Assembly (NCBI GenBank): GCA_000092065.1
Contig: CP000589.1
Length of the DNA stretch: 64,000 nt
Reading direction: 5' to 3' (one strand)
Source: Ostreococcus lucimarinus
Taxonomy: Eukaryota
Under the pieces are notes generated by a model. The model worked only from the letters and a program-made list of their open reading frames with translations. It was not told the origin of the DNA and did no database searches. Each line of letters begins with the position of its first letter. Positions within the stretch are counted from its first letter, which is position 1. The position numbers were made by a program, and so were the translations under genes. Of the stretch, positions 40,938-52,305 are shown piece after piece.

Positions 40938-42908
40938 ATGCGCGCCGCGTCGCGCCTCACTCGAACGAGCGCGAGAATCCGCGTCGAATCGTCGACGAAG
41001 TTCGCGGTGGCAGAATCGAGCGCGCGCGAGCGCGCGAGCGACGCGTTCGAGGCCGCGGCGCGGGCGTTTTCGTCGAGCTTTCCGAGGTTTCGAGGCGGCG
41101 GCGGCGGCGATCGAACGACGTCGGCGCGCGAGAAGCGCGAGAGAAGCGCCGACGAACGCGCGGGAGGGCGGGACGTGAGCGCGAGCGGTGACGCGCGCGC
41201 GATGGGAGACGGCGGCGCCGATCCGAAGGCGCCCGAGGGGTTTGAAGTCATTCGAGAAGGATGGGCGCGGGCGCTGCAGCGCGCGGGCGGCGACGACGTG
41301 TTTTATAATAAGCCGCAAGTGGTCAATCGCGATCTGTCGCTGGCGGTGATACGTGAATTTCAGAAAGTGCGAGCGACAGAGCACGCGAACGGGCAGTCGA
41401 AGCGGAATAAACGGGCGAAAGGGGCGATGTGTTTGACGCCGAGGGACGACGCGTTGCTGCCGCGTTTGCTCGACGAGGACGACAGAGCGGCGTTGTTTCG
41501 AAGCGCGGAGGAACATCGCGCGTGGGCGGCGGCGCAGGAAGAGGAACGCGCGAAAAATGGCGAATCAGCGGCGGGTGAGGAGAAAGCTGTGAAGCCGTTG
41601 AGGGATATTACGATTCTGGAAGGGATGTCGGCGACGGGATTGCGAGCGTTGCGATACGCGCAAGAGCTCGAAAACGTGGGGTGCGTGGTGGCGAATGACA
41701 TGGATCCCACGGCCGCGGAGGCGATCGAGAGAAACAAAGCGTACAACGCGCTTTGCTCACCGGATAAGGCGGAGGCGATCTCGCGAGTGATTCCCCACAA
41801 CGAAGACGTGCGAATGGTGTGCATGAAGCATGAAAAAATGTTTGACGTCGTCGACTTGGATCCGTACGGAACGCCATCGACGCTCCTGGACAGCGCGGTG
41901 ACGTCGGTGAAAGAGGGAGGACTTTTGCTCGTCACCGCTACCGATATGGCGGTGCTTTGCGGGAACAACGCCGAGGTCGCTTGGGCCAAGTATCAGTCGT
42001 ATCCGCTTCGTGCAAAGTATTGTCACGAAATGGCGGTTCGTACGCTCTTGGCGGCGGTGGAAAACGCCGCGATCAAGCACCGACGGCACATCGTTCCCGT
42101 GATTTCGTTATCGATCGACTTTTACATCCGTGTCTTCGTTCGCGTATACACGAGCCCGCTGCAAATGAAACAGACGCCGAGCAAGCTCAGCTACGTGTTT
42201 CAGTGCGTCGGTTGCGACGCGCACGAGCTCCAAGCCGTCGGTCGTCAGCAGACGAAAGGTAACGTCACCAAATATCAGCCCGGCGTCGGACCCGTGGTGC
42301 CGCAGCGATGTTCTAGCTGTGGATGGCACTATAACATGGGTGGTCCGATCTGGAGCGACCCAATCCACGACAAGACGTGGGTCACCAACGTCAAGAGCGA
42401 ACTCGAGCGAAACAAGGATGCGTACCCGGGGTACGGGAAAGTGCACGCGCTGCTCACGATGGCGAGCGAAGAGCTTTTGGACGTACCGTTGCACTACGAC
42501 TTACACGCCATGGGTGGAACGCTGAAGGCTACGCCACCGAGCTTTTGGTTGTTCAAGTCAGCCGTCATGAACGCCGGGTATCGCGTGAGCGGAAGCCACT
42601 CAAACCCGCTCGCGATTAAAACCGACGCCCCGGTGGACGTGCTTTGGGACATCCTACGATGCTGGGTGAAGGAGCACCCGGTGAAGCCGCAGTCGTCGCC
42701 GACACCAGGGGAAGCGATATTGGCCAAAGAACCGACGGTAATCGCGAATTGGACGCGACGCACCGAAGCTCAAAGCAAGGCGCAGAAAGACGGCGTGGCT
42801 CGGTTCCCGCAAAACCCGACGGCGGATTGGGGTCCGAAAAGACGCGCGGGCAAGTATCGCGAGGAAGAATTAGAAGCCAAACGGCGAAAAGAAGAAGAGG
42901 AAGATTAG
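40938..42908 (+). CDS. TRM1: tRNA (guanine26-N2)-dimethyltransferase TRM1
   Basis: VFYNKPQVVNRDLS, ILEGMSATGLRALRYAQE, zinc motif CVGCDAHE...CSSCGWHYNMGGPIW; alternative starts at 40887 or 41202. Confidence 0.8.
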   Translation: MRAASRLTRTSARIRVESSTKFAVAESSARERASDAFEAAARAFSSSFPRFRGGGGGDRTTSAREKRERSADERAGGRDVSASGDARAMGDGGADPKAPEGFEVIREGWARALQRAGGDDVFYNKPQVVNRDLSLAVIREFQKVRATEHANGQSKRNKRAKGAMCLTPRDDALLPRLLDEDDRAALFRSAEEHRAWAAAQEEERAKNGESAAGEEKAVKPLRDITILEGMSATGLRALRYAQELENVGCVVANDMDPTAAEAIERNKAYNALCSPDKAEAISRVIPHNEDVRMVCMKHEKMFDVVDLDPYGTPSTLLDSAVTSVKEGGLLLVTATDMAVLCGNNAEVAWAKYQSYPLRAKYCHEMAVRTLLAAVENAAIKHRRHIVPVISLSIDFYIRVFVRVYTSPLQMKQTPSKLSYVFQCVGCDAHELQAVGRQQTKGNVTKYQPGVGPVVPQRCSSCGWHYNMGGPIWSDPIHDKTWVTNVKSELERNKDAYPGYGKVHALLTMASEELLDVPLHYDLHAMGGTLKATPPSFWLFKSAVMNAGYRVSGSHSNPLAIKTDAPVDVLWDILRCWVKEHPVKPQSSPTPGEAILAKEPTVIANWTRRTEAQSKAQKDGVARFPQNPTADWGPKRRAGKYREEELEAKRRKEEEED

Positions 42909-42940
42909 AAGAAAGTTTTGTCATGCACAAATAAGGGTAG

Positions 42941-43708
42941 TCAAACAAAGAAGACTTCGTTCGACAAGAAGGATGCAAACTCGAGAGGTTTCGCGATGAG
43001 GGCGCGATGCGGATGTGCGCCGCCGCCGTCCCACCAGCGGCTGCAAAACGCGCCCGTGGTGTGCTCAGACCATCGCGCAATCATTTCGCGTGTCGTTCGC
43101 GTGTCATTTTCGATACCGATCGCCGTCAAAGGCACGTGTACTTTCTCGGTCGATCCCTCATACGATTCGCTCATTCGGAAGTCCTCTCGAAAGGGAGCGA
43201 TCAACGACGTGGACACGCATCGTAACTCGTCACTCACGCCGTAGCGCCGCTCGAACGCTGCCCAAAATGCGTCGTCAGTTTCCAACTCTGACAGTCGAGG
43301 CGTCTCGACGTCGGTATCGTTGAGCCAGTGCCCCAAACATGGCGCTCTGGCGGCCGACACGTACACGCCCGAGACGCGCTCGCCGAGCGCTCGAGCGCAT
43401 TCAAACGCGATCCACGCTCCGGCGCTATGTCCGTACAAATAAAGCGATTCACCTTTCGAGACGCACCCATGTTCGACGATGCGACGCGCAACATCTCTCG
43501 CAAAATCGACAACACTCCATCTCAGAGTTTCTACCTCCGGAACGCATCGCCTCCACCGGCATGGTTTGTCGACGGCGAAGCATCGCGCGTCGACGGCGCG
43601 CGTGAAATCTCCATTAAAGCACGACGCCGTCGCCCCCGCGGGCGGAAAGCAAACTAGAACCCGATCCATGTTCTGTTTTGCCGGCTGACACGTCACCAGG
43701 TCCGCCAT
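42941..43708 (-). CDS. Stand-alone type II thioesterase (alpha/beta hydrolase, PF00975-like)
   Basis: LVCFPPAGATASCF and GxSxG LYGHSAGAWIAFECA. Confidence 0.6.
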   Translation of the reverse strand: MADLVTCQPAKQNMDRVLVCFPPAGATASCFNGDFTRAVDARCFAVDKPCRWRRCVPEVETLRWSVVDFARDVARRIVEHGCVSKGESLYLYGHSAGAWIAFECARALGERVSGVYVSAARAPCLGHWLNDTDVETPRLSELETDDAFWAAFERRYGVSDELRCVSTSLIAPFREDFRMSESYEGSTEKVHVPLTAIGIENDTRTTREMIARWSEHTTGAFCSRWWDGGGAHPHRALIAKPLEFASFLSNEVFFV

Positions 43709-44213
43709 CTCCGATCGTCGGCGTCGTCAAATGTCGCGTCGAGTCGGCGACGCGACTCGCGTTCGCGTCGCCGACTCGCGGCGTCGCCCATCGCCCATCG
43801 CCCATCGCCCGCGCGCGCCGACGCTCGAGCGCATTCGCGTCCGCGATCGGCGCCGTCCGACGAACTCACGTCTTCCGCCTCGAGACGCGTCGGCGCGCGT
43901 CCCGTCGCGTCGTCGTCGCGTCGTCGTCGTCGCGCGCGTTCAAACCGTCGCTCGGCCAATCCTGCGGCGACGACGCGCGCGTGAAGAGCGCGAGCGCGCT
44001 CGCGACGATCGCGAGCGCGGCGGTGACGATCGCGATGTACTTGCGGAGCGGACACGCCATCGCGATGGCGTGTGCGGACGGGGAGGGGTCGATGTGATTC
44101 GGGACGCGCGTCCCGGCGACGGCGCGGCGGAATCGACGTCCGATATGTGATGATTAATAAAGGAGGTTACGCGCTGTTCGCTAGTGGTGATCGAAAACGA
44201 TCGTGGGAAATAA

Positions 44214-46916
44214 TTATGACGGAGCGCCGAGGTAGGCGCACACGCGCAAGATGTCGCCGAAGACGCCGCCGGCGGTGACCTCGGCGCCGGCGCCCGGACC
44301 GCGAACGACTAAGGGTCCAGCGGACGTGTAATACTTTGTGGTGAAGGAGACGATGTTGTCGCTGCCCTTGAGCTGAGCGAACGGATGGTCGGCGGGGTAA
44401 CGACGGAGTTCGACCGAGCCCGTGCCGTTCTTGACGTCGACGACACCGACGAAGCACAAGACTTCGCCCGCGGCGGCGGCTTCTTCTTGCTTGGACAAAA
44501 TATCGCCGTCGTACTTGGGAAGCTCCTTCATGAACTCATCCACGCTTTCGATGTCACGCAACGGCTCGGGAACGAGAGATTGAATCGGGACATCGCTGAG
44601 CTCGATGTTCAAACCGCATTCGCGCGCCAAGATGGTCACCTTGCGAGCGACGTCCATACCGCTCAAGTCGTCGCGGGGATCGGGTTCGGTGTATCCCGCT
44701 TCCTTGGCCTGCGCCACGATGTCGCTGAACTTCTTGCCCGGTTCCAAGGTGTTGAAGATGTAAGAAAGCGTACCGGAGAAGATGCCTTCGATGCGCTCGA
44801 CCTTGTCGCCCGAGTTTCGCAGGCTTTGAAGCGTGGCGATGATGGGCAAGCCGGCGCCGACGGTGCCTTCATAAAAGTAGTGCGTGTACGAATTACGTTG
44901 AATGGAACGCAATTCCTTGTAATACGCGAGCGGTCCGCTGTTCGCCTTCTTATTCGGCGTGACGACGTGCAATCCCTTGGACAACCACTCCTTGTAGTGA
45001 CCCGCGACGACGTCGGAGGCGGAGCAGTCGACGATGATTTGGTTTGGCGCCTCCGACTCGAGCACGTGCTTTGTGAAGTCGTCCATGTTCGCCTGCACAC
45101 CACTAGCGTATTCGTCTTCCCACGAATCTAAGTCGATCGCACCGTCGCTGAGCAACATCTTACGACCGCCCGTGATGGCAACCACGCGCAGTTCAACCGC
45201 AAACTCGTCTTGGAGCGTTTCGAGTTGTTCCTTCATTTGGCGAAGCAACGTCTTGCCGACGAGGCCTGGTCCCACGAGACCGACGCTAATCGCGGTCTTG
45301 GAGAGGTAGAATCGACCATGAGCGGCTTGAAGGGCCTTATTGACGTCCTTCTTGGAGACGACGACCGTGATGTTGTACTCGGACGCCCCTTGCGCGATGG
45401 CGATGACGTTGACGGCGCTCTGCGCCAGCGCTTCAAACAACATCGCCGACACGCCCGGCGTTTGGCACATGTTCTGCCCGACGATGGCCAAGATGGAACA
45501 ATCCTTCAAAGGGAGGATTCGAGAGATGCGACCGGCGGCGATGGCTTTCTCGAACGTCTTGTTGAGCGCCGCGACTGCCGCGTCCGCCTCGTGCGAGCGA
45601 ACCGCAAAGCAAATGGAGTGCTCCGAGGAAGCTTGAGAAATCATAACCACGTTGCAGCCAGCTTCCTTGACGGCTTTGAACACAGTGTTGGCCGTGCCCG
45701 GCACACCAACCATGCCCGTACCCTCGACGTTGATGAGGCACACGTCGTCGATGGTGGCGATACCCTTGACGAGCTCGCCGCTCATGTCGCGAGTCTCAAA
45801 CTTGCCGACGTTGCCCTCATCCCCGGCGGGCAGCGGGCACGCCATGCCGATGGACGTCCCTGGCGCGGCTTGGTTGAAGTAGTTGCGCAACGTGACTGGG
45901 ATGTTGTACTTCATCGCCGGTAAAGTCGTGCGCGGGTGGAGAACGTTGGCGCCAAAGTACGCGAGTTCCCACGCTTCGTTGTAGGAAATCGAGTTCAGGC
46001 ACTTGGCCCCCTTCACGCGGCGAGGATCGGCGCTGAATACGCCATCGACGTCGGTCCAGATGGTGATATTTCTCGCTTGCGTGAGCGCACCGAAAATTGT
46101 GGCGGAGTAATCGGAACCGTTACGTTTGAGCGTCGTCGGCACGCCCTCCGGCGTCCTCGCGATGAAACCAGTCACCATGACCACGGCGCCCTCTTGCATA
46201 TGCTCGTCGTACCACTTATCCAAGTTCGCGTTGGACAAGCTGTAGTCGACGTCCACGCCGCCGTCCTCGGATTCTGTGACGACGAGAATGTCTCGCGCGT
46301 CGATCCAGACCGCCTTGCCCCCCTTGCAGCGAATCGTCGCCGCGCACAAGCGCGCCGTCCAGAGCTCTCCGTGTCCGACGACGAAATCCCCGAACGCATC
46401 GGTCGAGCAACCGGCGATGTAAATAGCCTTAAACATCGCTCGTAAATCGTTCAATTCCTCGTTGAACGCCGCGATGTACGCGTCGTACTCGGCTTTATCC
46501 GTCAACAAAGCCTTCGCCGTGGACACGTGCTTATCCTCGAGCTTCGTCAACTCCGCCGCGTACGTATCGTCCCGTTTCGCCGCCATATCCGTCGCGTTTA
46601 TCAAGCAATCCGTCACCTTTGGTTCACCCTTCACCGCGACGCCCATCGCGGACACGATCCCCATCGTCAACTTGGAATCATTCTTCATCAAGAGCTCGCA
46701 CACGCCGCCGATGCGCTCCGCGCTCCCGACGCACGTCCCCCCGAACCTATCGTCGAACCGTTCGCCAGCCGTCAGTCTTCGCGCGCCGCGTCGCGTTCGT
46801 GCCCTTCCCCAAATCACCCGACCGTCGTCGTCGCGCGTCGCGCGCGCCCTCGCGCGCGCCCTCGCCGCGTCCGCGTCCCGTCCCGCCCTCGCGTTCAGGT
46901 TTTCCCCGCGGATCAT
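44214..46916 (-). CDS. Bifunctional aspartokinase / homoserine dehydrogenase (plastid type)
   Basis: RFGGTCVGSAERI AK start, two ACT regions, HSD VGLVGPGLVGKTLL NAD fold; 900 aa from MIRGENL; the first ~485 codons of the 1387-aa ORF are antisense to the MATE gene and were excluded. Confidence 0.85.
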   Translation of the reverse strand: MIRGENLNARAGRDADAARARARARATRDDDGRVIWGRARTRRGARRLTAGERFDDRFGGTCVGSAERIGGVCELLMKNDSKLTMGIVSAMGVAVKGEPKVTDCLINATDMAAKRDDTYAAELTKLEDKHVSTAKALLTDKAEYDAYIAAFNEELNDLRAMFKAIYIAGCSTDAFGDFVVGHGELWTARLCAATIRCKGGKAVWIDARDILVVTESEDGGVDVDYSLSNANLDKWYDEHMQEGAVVMVTGFIARTPEGVPTTLKRNGSDYSATIFGALTQARNITIWTDVDGVFSADPRRVKGAKCLNSISYNEAWELAYFGANVLHPRTTLPAMKYNIPVTLRNYFNQAAPGTSIGMACPLPAGDEGNVGKFETRDMSGELVKGIATIDDVCLINVEGTGMVGVPGTANTVFKAVKEAGCNVVMISQASSEHSICFAVRSHEADAAVAALNKTFEKAIAAGRISRILPLKDCSILAIVGQNMCQTPGVSAMLFEALAQSAVNVIAIAQGASEYNITVVVSKKDVNKALQAAHGRFYLSKTAISVGLVGPGLVGKTLLRQMKEQLETLQDEFAVELRVVAITGGRKMLLSDGAIDLDSWEDEYASGVQANMDDFTKHVLESEAPNQIIVDCSASDVVAGHYKEWLSKGLHVVTPNKKANSGPLAYYKELRSIQRNSYTHYFYEGTVGAGLPIIATLQSLRNSGDKVERIEGIFSGTLSYIFNTLEPGKKFSDIVAQAKEAGYTEPDPRDDLSGMDVARKVTILARECGLNIELSDVPIQSLVPEPLRDIESVDEFMKELPKYDGDILSKQEEAAAAGEVLCFVGVVDVKNGTGSVELRRYPADHPFAQLKGSDNIVSFTTKYYTSAGPLVVRGPGAGAEVTAGGVFGDILRVCAYLGAPS

Positions 46917-47427
46917 CCATCGCGCGCGCTGTCCCGCGTCGCGTCCGTCGCGCGCGCCCTCTCGCGCGGTCGCGCGTCGCGAATCATCGTCCCGCATCGC
47001 GCGCCGTCGTTCGCACGCACTTGTGCACGTCCCAATCGCTTCCGCGCGGGATCGCCGCGCGCGTCTCGAGGTTTCGCCGCGTCGTCGTCGCGCGCGGCGC
47101 GCCTCGCGCGTCGAGCGCGCGCCGGCGCGCGAGCGCGCGTCGCGACGCGACGGGCGCCGTTCGGTGCGACGCGTGTGCGGACATGGCGCTCGGCGGCGTC
47201 CGCGCGGCGGAGTGTCGCGCGCGCGCCGGCGCGCGCGCGCGGGATGGCGTAGCTTTGTATGGGTAAACAGTGTGCGTGTATGGATATCCGCGGTCGGTCG
47301 GACGCGAACGGTCGCGCGACGCCGCCGACGACGACGACGGCGACGCGCGCGCGCACTCCGCGACGCGGTCGACGGCGCGGCGCGCACCGCGAGCGTCCGC
47401 GCGCGCGCGTCGGCGCTCGACCGCGCG

Positions 47428-49158
47428 ATGCTCGCGCGCGTCGGCGTCGGCGTCGGCGCGCGACCGCGCGGCGGCGGCTCGGGGACGGGACGCGCGACGC
47501 GACGCGCGGCGACGGCGACGCGAGGACGCGCGAACGGACGAACGCGCGACGAAACGCGCGGTTTTGGCGCGCGCGCGCGCGCGCGCGTCGCGGTCGCGAA
47601 GACGCGAGCGCGCGAAGGGGCGACGCGAGGCGGGACGCGCGGCGACGGGACGCGACGCGAGGCGACGCGCGACGACGACGACGCGAGGACGCGCGATGCG
47701 GGCGGCGCGGACTCGGTGAAGGGCGCGCGCGGTGAGGACGCGCGCGATGGACGATTGCCGACGATCCCGCGAGGGACGTACGCGTCGCTGGCGACGGCGC
47801 TCGTGGCGCTCGGTTTTCCGGCGCTGTTGAACAGCGTGAACGAACCGGTGGTGTCGCTGTTGGAGACCGTGCTCGTGGCCAGGGTCGGGACGGTGTTTTT
47901 AGCCGCGCTCGCGCCGGCGTCGGCGTTGTTCGGGCTCGTCGAGGAGGTGTGCTTCGCGTTTAGCGTCGTGGTGACGACGGCGGTGAGTTCGGCGCGCGCC
48001 GAGTTTGAAGACGTCGACGCCGCGGTGCCGGAACGCGTGAAACAGACGGTGAGCATGAGCGTGATGGCGTCGTTCATCGCCGGTCTCGGGCTTGCGATCG
48101 GACTGCAAGCGCTGTACGGACCCATTTGCAAAATTATGGTGGTGCCGCGAGAGGTCGAGGCGCTGTTGCGCTCGTACACGGTGTTGCGGTGCGCGGGATT
48201 GCCCATGTTCGGCGCCGCAAACGCGCTCGAGGGGGTGTTTCTCGGAAGCAAAGACGCGCTGACGCCCATGACCGGATGGCTCGTCGCCGGTGTCATCACC
48301 GTCGCGCTGCAGCTGTTCTTCATTACACCGCAGATGAGCGCAAACGCGGCGGTGCGTTGGGCGGGCATCGCCCTCACCGTGGGTCAGACGTTCATTTTCT
48401 TCTATCTGTGGAAGATTGCGCATGGGCGCGGATTATTTTCAATGCGAAGCGTGTTCAAGGGCGCCGAGAGCGTGGGCGCGGCGATCGCGCGCTTGTACAG
48501 GCGTCTTGAGGAGGAGCACATCGCGAGCGAGTTTCGGTGGTTGGTACTGAGCGCGACGGCGCGTATGACGACGTACGTCATCATCACCTCGTGTGCCACG
48601 AATCTCGGGGTGATTTCTGCGGCGGTCAATAAGACGTTGCTGGATCTGTATATTTTATTAGGGTTATGTGCCGAGCCAGTGTTCACCGTCGGCAACGTCT
48701 TATTGCCGAGGAAGAGACGCAGTCTCGTCGAGGTCTTGACGTACCGACGCGCGCTGTTTTACGTCGCGCTGTTCATGGGGTTCACGCTCGCATGCTTGGC
48801 GTACATCCTTTGCGGCTCAACTTTGCTCTCGCACGATCCACACGTCCACGCAGTGGCGACCTCAATGCGGAGCTTGGTCGCGGTGACAATCGGTTTGTCC
48901 ACCGCGGCGTACGCCACCGACGGCTGCGTCATCGGTCTCGGCGGGGCCAGCTTCGTCGGTGCGGCGCAGATGATCAACACATCAATATTTGTGTTGGTTT
49001 TCATCGCGTTCAGGACGATTTACGGCGCCGCGACATCGCTCCAGCACCTCTGGCTGGCGCTCTTGCTGTTCCAGGCGCTCCGCCTGGCGGAGCACGTTTG
49101 GAAATTACGCCACGACGAGCGCGCGCTCGCGTTTCCTCGCACCGCCGCCTTGGCGTAG
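47428..49158 (+). CDS. MATE-family (DinF-like) multidrug/oligosaccharidyl-lipid/polysaccharide efflux transporter, 12 predicted TM helices, Arg/Gly-rich presequence
   Basis: Hydrophobic helices throughout; MATE-like LLETVLVARVGTVFLAALAPASALF and GLPMFGAANALEGVFLGSKDALTPM; start at MLARVG. Confidence 0.65.
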   Translation: MLARVGVGVGARPRGGGSGTGRATRRAATATRGRANGRTRDETRGFGARARARVAVAKTRAREGATRGGTRGDGTRREATRDDDDARTRDAGGADSVKGARGEDARDGRLPTIPRGTYASLATALVALGFPALLNSVNEPVVSLLETVLVARVGTVFLAALAPASALFGLVEEVCFAFSVVVTTAVSSARAEFEDVDAAVPERVKQTVSMSVMASFIAGLGLAIGLQALYGPICKIMVVPREVEALLRSYTVLRCAGLPMFGAANALEGVFLGSKDALTPMTGWLVAGVITVALQLFFITPQMSANAAVRWAGIALTVGQTFIFFYLWKIAHGRGLFSMRSVFKGAESVGAAIARLYRRLEEEHIASEFRWLVLSATARMTTYVIITSCATNLGVISAAVNKTLLDLYILLGLCAEPVFTVGNVLLPRKRRSLVEVLTYRRALFYVALFMGFTLACLAYILCGSTLLSHDPHVHAVATSMRSLVAVTIGLSTAAYATDGCVIGLGGASFVGAAQMINTSIFVLVFIAFRTIYGAATSLQHLWLALLLFQALRLAEHVWKLRHDERALAFPRTAALA

Positions 49159-49372
49159 TCGACATCGACGGCATCGCCGCCTCGACGCGTAGACGTCTCT
49201 CGCATTTGCCGGTTTTATAATATTGTTCAACGTTGCTGTAGTCGCCCGCGCGCCCCGACACACGCCCGACACGCGCCCGACACACGCCCGACACGCGCGA
49301 ACGCCCCGACACACCTCGCCGCTCCGGTCGCGCCCGCGCACCGCGGCGCGCCCGGTGACGCGAAAGGACGCG

Positions 49373-50506
49373 ATGCGATACCTCGCGGCGTCGCCGCGCG
49401 CGTTCGTCGATGCCGCGCCGACGACGACGTCGTCGCGTCAACGCTTCATCCGACGAACGCGCTCGGATATCACCGCGCGCGTGTTCGGTAACTTCACGCG
49501 ACGCCGCGACGACGCCGTGGAAGAGATGGCCATCGTGCCGAGCGAAAGCTCGGACGCGGACGACGACGCGCGCGGCTCGAAAGATTGGTCGAGGTCGAGG
49601 TCGTGGGAGGAAGGGGACGAGATGCCGGAGGCGTTGGCGAGCGCGATACCGAGCTGTTATTACAGCCTGTTGCAGGTCGACCCCGCGAGCGATCGCGATG
49701 AGATAAAAAAGAATTTTAGACAATTGTTGAAGGCGACGCACCCGGACGTCGCGGGAGAGGCGAGCGTGGAGATTTCTCGAATCATGAACGACGCATATAA
49801 AACGCTCCTGGACGACGTGAAGAGGGAGCTGTACGATCGAGATTTGGCCGAGTTGCGATACGCGATGGCGCTGGCGGGAGAACGCGCGAGCGAAGACTTT
49901 CGACCGTATACGGGAGAGGCGTTGAGTACATTCGTCGGGTCCGATCCGACGGGACAATCGCGCGCGGTGTTCGTAAACGAGTCGGTGTGCATCGGATGTC
50001 GCATGTGCAACCACAGCGCGGCGAAGACGTTCATGATGGAACAAGATTACGGACGCGCGCGCGCGTTTCAACAGTGGGCGGACAGCGAAGAGGACATTCA
50101 GATCGCCATAGACTCCTGTCCGGTGGACTGCATCTCGTGGGTCAACAAGAAGAATTTGCCCATACTCGAGTACGCGATGCAGACCATCGAACGCATCAAT
50201 ATCGCGTCGATGCGCGCTGGAAACGCGCGCGCCGCGGACCCTTTCGACATCGCCAACGGCATGATTCGCCGCGGCGAAGAAGCGAGGGCGCGCTTGGGTG
50301 ATTCGGGTGACACGCTCAACGGCATCGCCACCGTAGGTTCGCAAGCGCTCGCCATTCGCGAGGCGTGGCTCTTATTGAACGAATCCACGCGCGCGCGATG
50401 GCGCACGTACGCCTTAGCGCGCGCGAGCGTCGAGGACTCCTACGACGAATGCGACGACATCGATTGCGAGATCCCCAGCGCATCCATCGACGAAGATTTC
50501 GCGTAG
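49373..50506 (+). CDS. DnaJ (J-domain) protein with a C-terminal 4Fe-4S ferredoxin-like domain (CDJ3-5 / DJC76-77-like)
   Basis: J-domain YYSLLQVDPASDRDEIKKNFRQLLKATHPDV (HPD); CIGCRMCNHSAAKTF...DSCPVDCISWV. Confidence 0.75.
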   Translation: MRYLAASPRAFVDAAPTTTSSRQRFIRRTRSDITARVFGNFTRRRDDAVEEMAIVPSESSDADDDARGSKDWSRSRSWEEGDEMPEALASAIPSCYYSLLQVDPASDRDEIKKNFRQLLKATHPDVAGEASVEISRIMNDAYKTLLDDVKRELYDRDLAELRYAMALAGERASEDFRPYTGEALSTFVGSDPTGQSRAVFVNESVCIGCRMCNHSAAKTFMMEQDYGRARAFQQWADSEEDIQIAIDSCPVDCISWVNKKNLPILEYAMQTIERINIASMRAGNARAADPFDIANGMIRRGEEARARLGDSGDTLNGIATVGSQALAIREAWLLLNESTRARWRTYALARASVEDSYDECDDIDCEIPSASIDEDFA

Positions 50507-50562
50507 CGCGCCGTCGACCAACCTTGTACAAACCAAACCAAACCAACCAACCGCCGCACATC

Positions 50563-52122
50563 ATGTCGTCCGCGCGCGCCTCTCCGCGCGTCCACGTGCG
50601 CGTGCGCGCCTCTCCGCGCGTCCACGTGCGCGTGCGCGCCGGCGGTCACCTCCACGCGTCCCGCCGCGCGTTCACCACGGCCACGACCTTCGCCGCGTCC
50701 TCGCCGGGCGATTTCTTTGCGAAACTTTTCGACACCTCTCCTCCGGGACGCGCGCAAACGCCCGCGGCATCGTCGCGGCGCGCGCGTCCGACGAACGAGG
50801 TCGTCGACGTGATCGAGGGCATCAGGCACAAGCGCTTGGGCGGTCGGTCGGACATCGTGGTGAGCGAGCTCGCCCTCGGGACCCAGCGTTGGGGCGGCGC
50901 GGATTTCAATTCGCCGGATGAAGCGACGTGTCACGAGTTCATGGACGAGGCCATCTTAGGGCGCGGGATAAATCTCGTCGACACCGCAGAACAGGTGAGT
51001 GATTGGTGTTTTTCGATCGACAGCCTGTTCGCGGACGGTTCGGATGGCTCGAACGGTTCGAATGATCGCGAAACGCGCGACTGACGACGGCTTTCTTCGC
51101 CGCAGTACCCGATTCCGAGCGATCGGCGGCGACCGGAAGGAAGGACCGAGGAAATCATTGGAAGCTGGTTAGCGAAAGATAAGTCGAGGCGTGAAAAAAT
51201 GGTGATCGCGACGAAGATTACCGGCGGCGCGAACGTGACAAAGAAAAATATTGTGAAGGATTTGGAAGGGTCGTTGTTGCGGCTGAAAACCGATTACGTC
51301 GACGTGTACACGCTTCATTGGCCGGCGCGGTACACGCCTCAGAGTAATTGGGGACAGTCGTTGGAGTACGACGTGGATACGGAACGACAACCGTATTATC
51401 GCAACGCGGCGTCGTTTGAAGAAATCACCGAAGCCATGGGCTCGTTGATTCGTCAAGGAAAGATTCGCGGCTACGGCTCCTGCAACGATAACGCCTTTGG
51501 ACTCACGGCTATGTGCTACGCCGCGCGGAGCGTGGGCGCGCCCGAACCGTGCTGCATGCAGGGCGACTTTAGCTTGATCAACCGTCGGAGTCTGGAGAAT
51601 GGTTTAAGCGAGGCGTCCTCGCCCGTGCACGAAAACGCTGGGTGGATGGGATACAACCTGTTGGCGGGCGGCGTGTTAACTGGTAAGTATCGCGAGGTTA
51701 AGGCGGCGGTCGACAACGCGCGAGATCGCGAACTCGCGGAGAAGCTGCTCGCCGATCCCCGAGGTCGCATGGACGAATACGGTTGGGGCCAGACGTTGTA
51801 CCGCTATCGCAGCGCTCCGGCGCTTCGCGCCGTCGACCAATACGCCGCGCTCGCCGACGCCGCCGGCATGTCGCTCACCGAGCTCGCCCTGCGCTGGGCG
51901 CAGCGTAAATCATTCATGACCACCGCTCTCATCGGCCACACCTCGATGACGCAGCTCAAGGAAACCATCGGTCATTTCGACTCGTCCAAGCCGCCGCTCG
52001 ACGACGAACTCATGTGGGCCAGCGACGTCGTCCACATGCGCAACCGCCTGCCGATATTCTCGAGCGAGCGCGTCGGCCTGGACTGGAACGGTCGCGGTGA
52101 AATCGGCGAGCGCGTGCCCTGA
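50563..52122 (+). CDS. Aldo-keto reductase (Tas/AKR-like), 2 exons 50563..50994 and 51106..52122; the first exon carries a 30-bp tandem duplication (SPRVHVRVRA x2) in the presequence
   Basis: GINLVDTAEQ | YPIPSDRRRPEGRTEEIIGSWLAKDKSRREKMVIATKI matches E. coli Tas GINLIDVAEMYPVPPRPETQGLTETYVGNWLAKHGSREKLIIASKV; donor GTGAGT at 50995, acceptor CGCAG at 51105; DVYTLHWP. Confidence 0.75.
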
Positions 52123-52305
52123 GTGTAACGTCACCGCGCGCACAGTTTTAGCATTCATCCAGCACGAACGCGACGGTCGACGCGGTTGACTTCGCGCCCG
52201 CACTGCTCGCCTCGCTTGATGCCCGCGTCGCCCGCGTCGCGCGTCCGCCCTTCGCGCACCCACTCGCGCGCCGCGACGACGACCGCGCGCGGCGTGAAGT
52301 CAACC

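Noticed and set aside
46917-48377. N-terminal ~485 codons of the 1387-aa minus ORF 44214..48377
   Set aside because: Antisense to the MATE transporter; the AK-HSD homology begins only at RFGGTCVGSAERI, so the gene was trimmed to 44214..46916
51030-51060. tRNA T-loop-like string ggttcgaatga
   Set aside because: It lies inside the AKR intron, lacks a matching acceptor stem, D-arm or CCA context, and does not fit GGTTCGAATCC well
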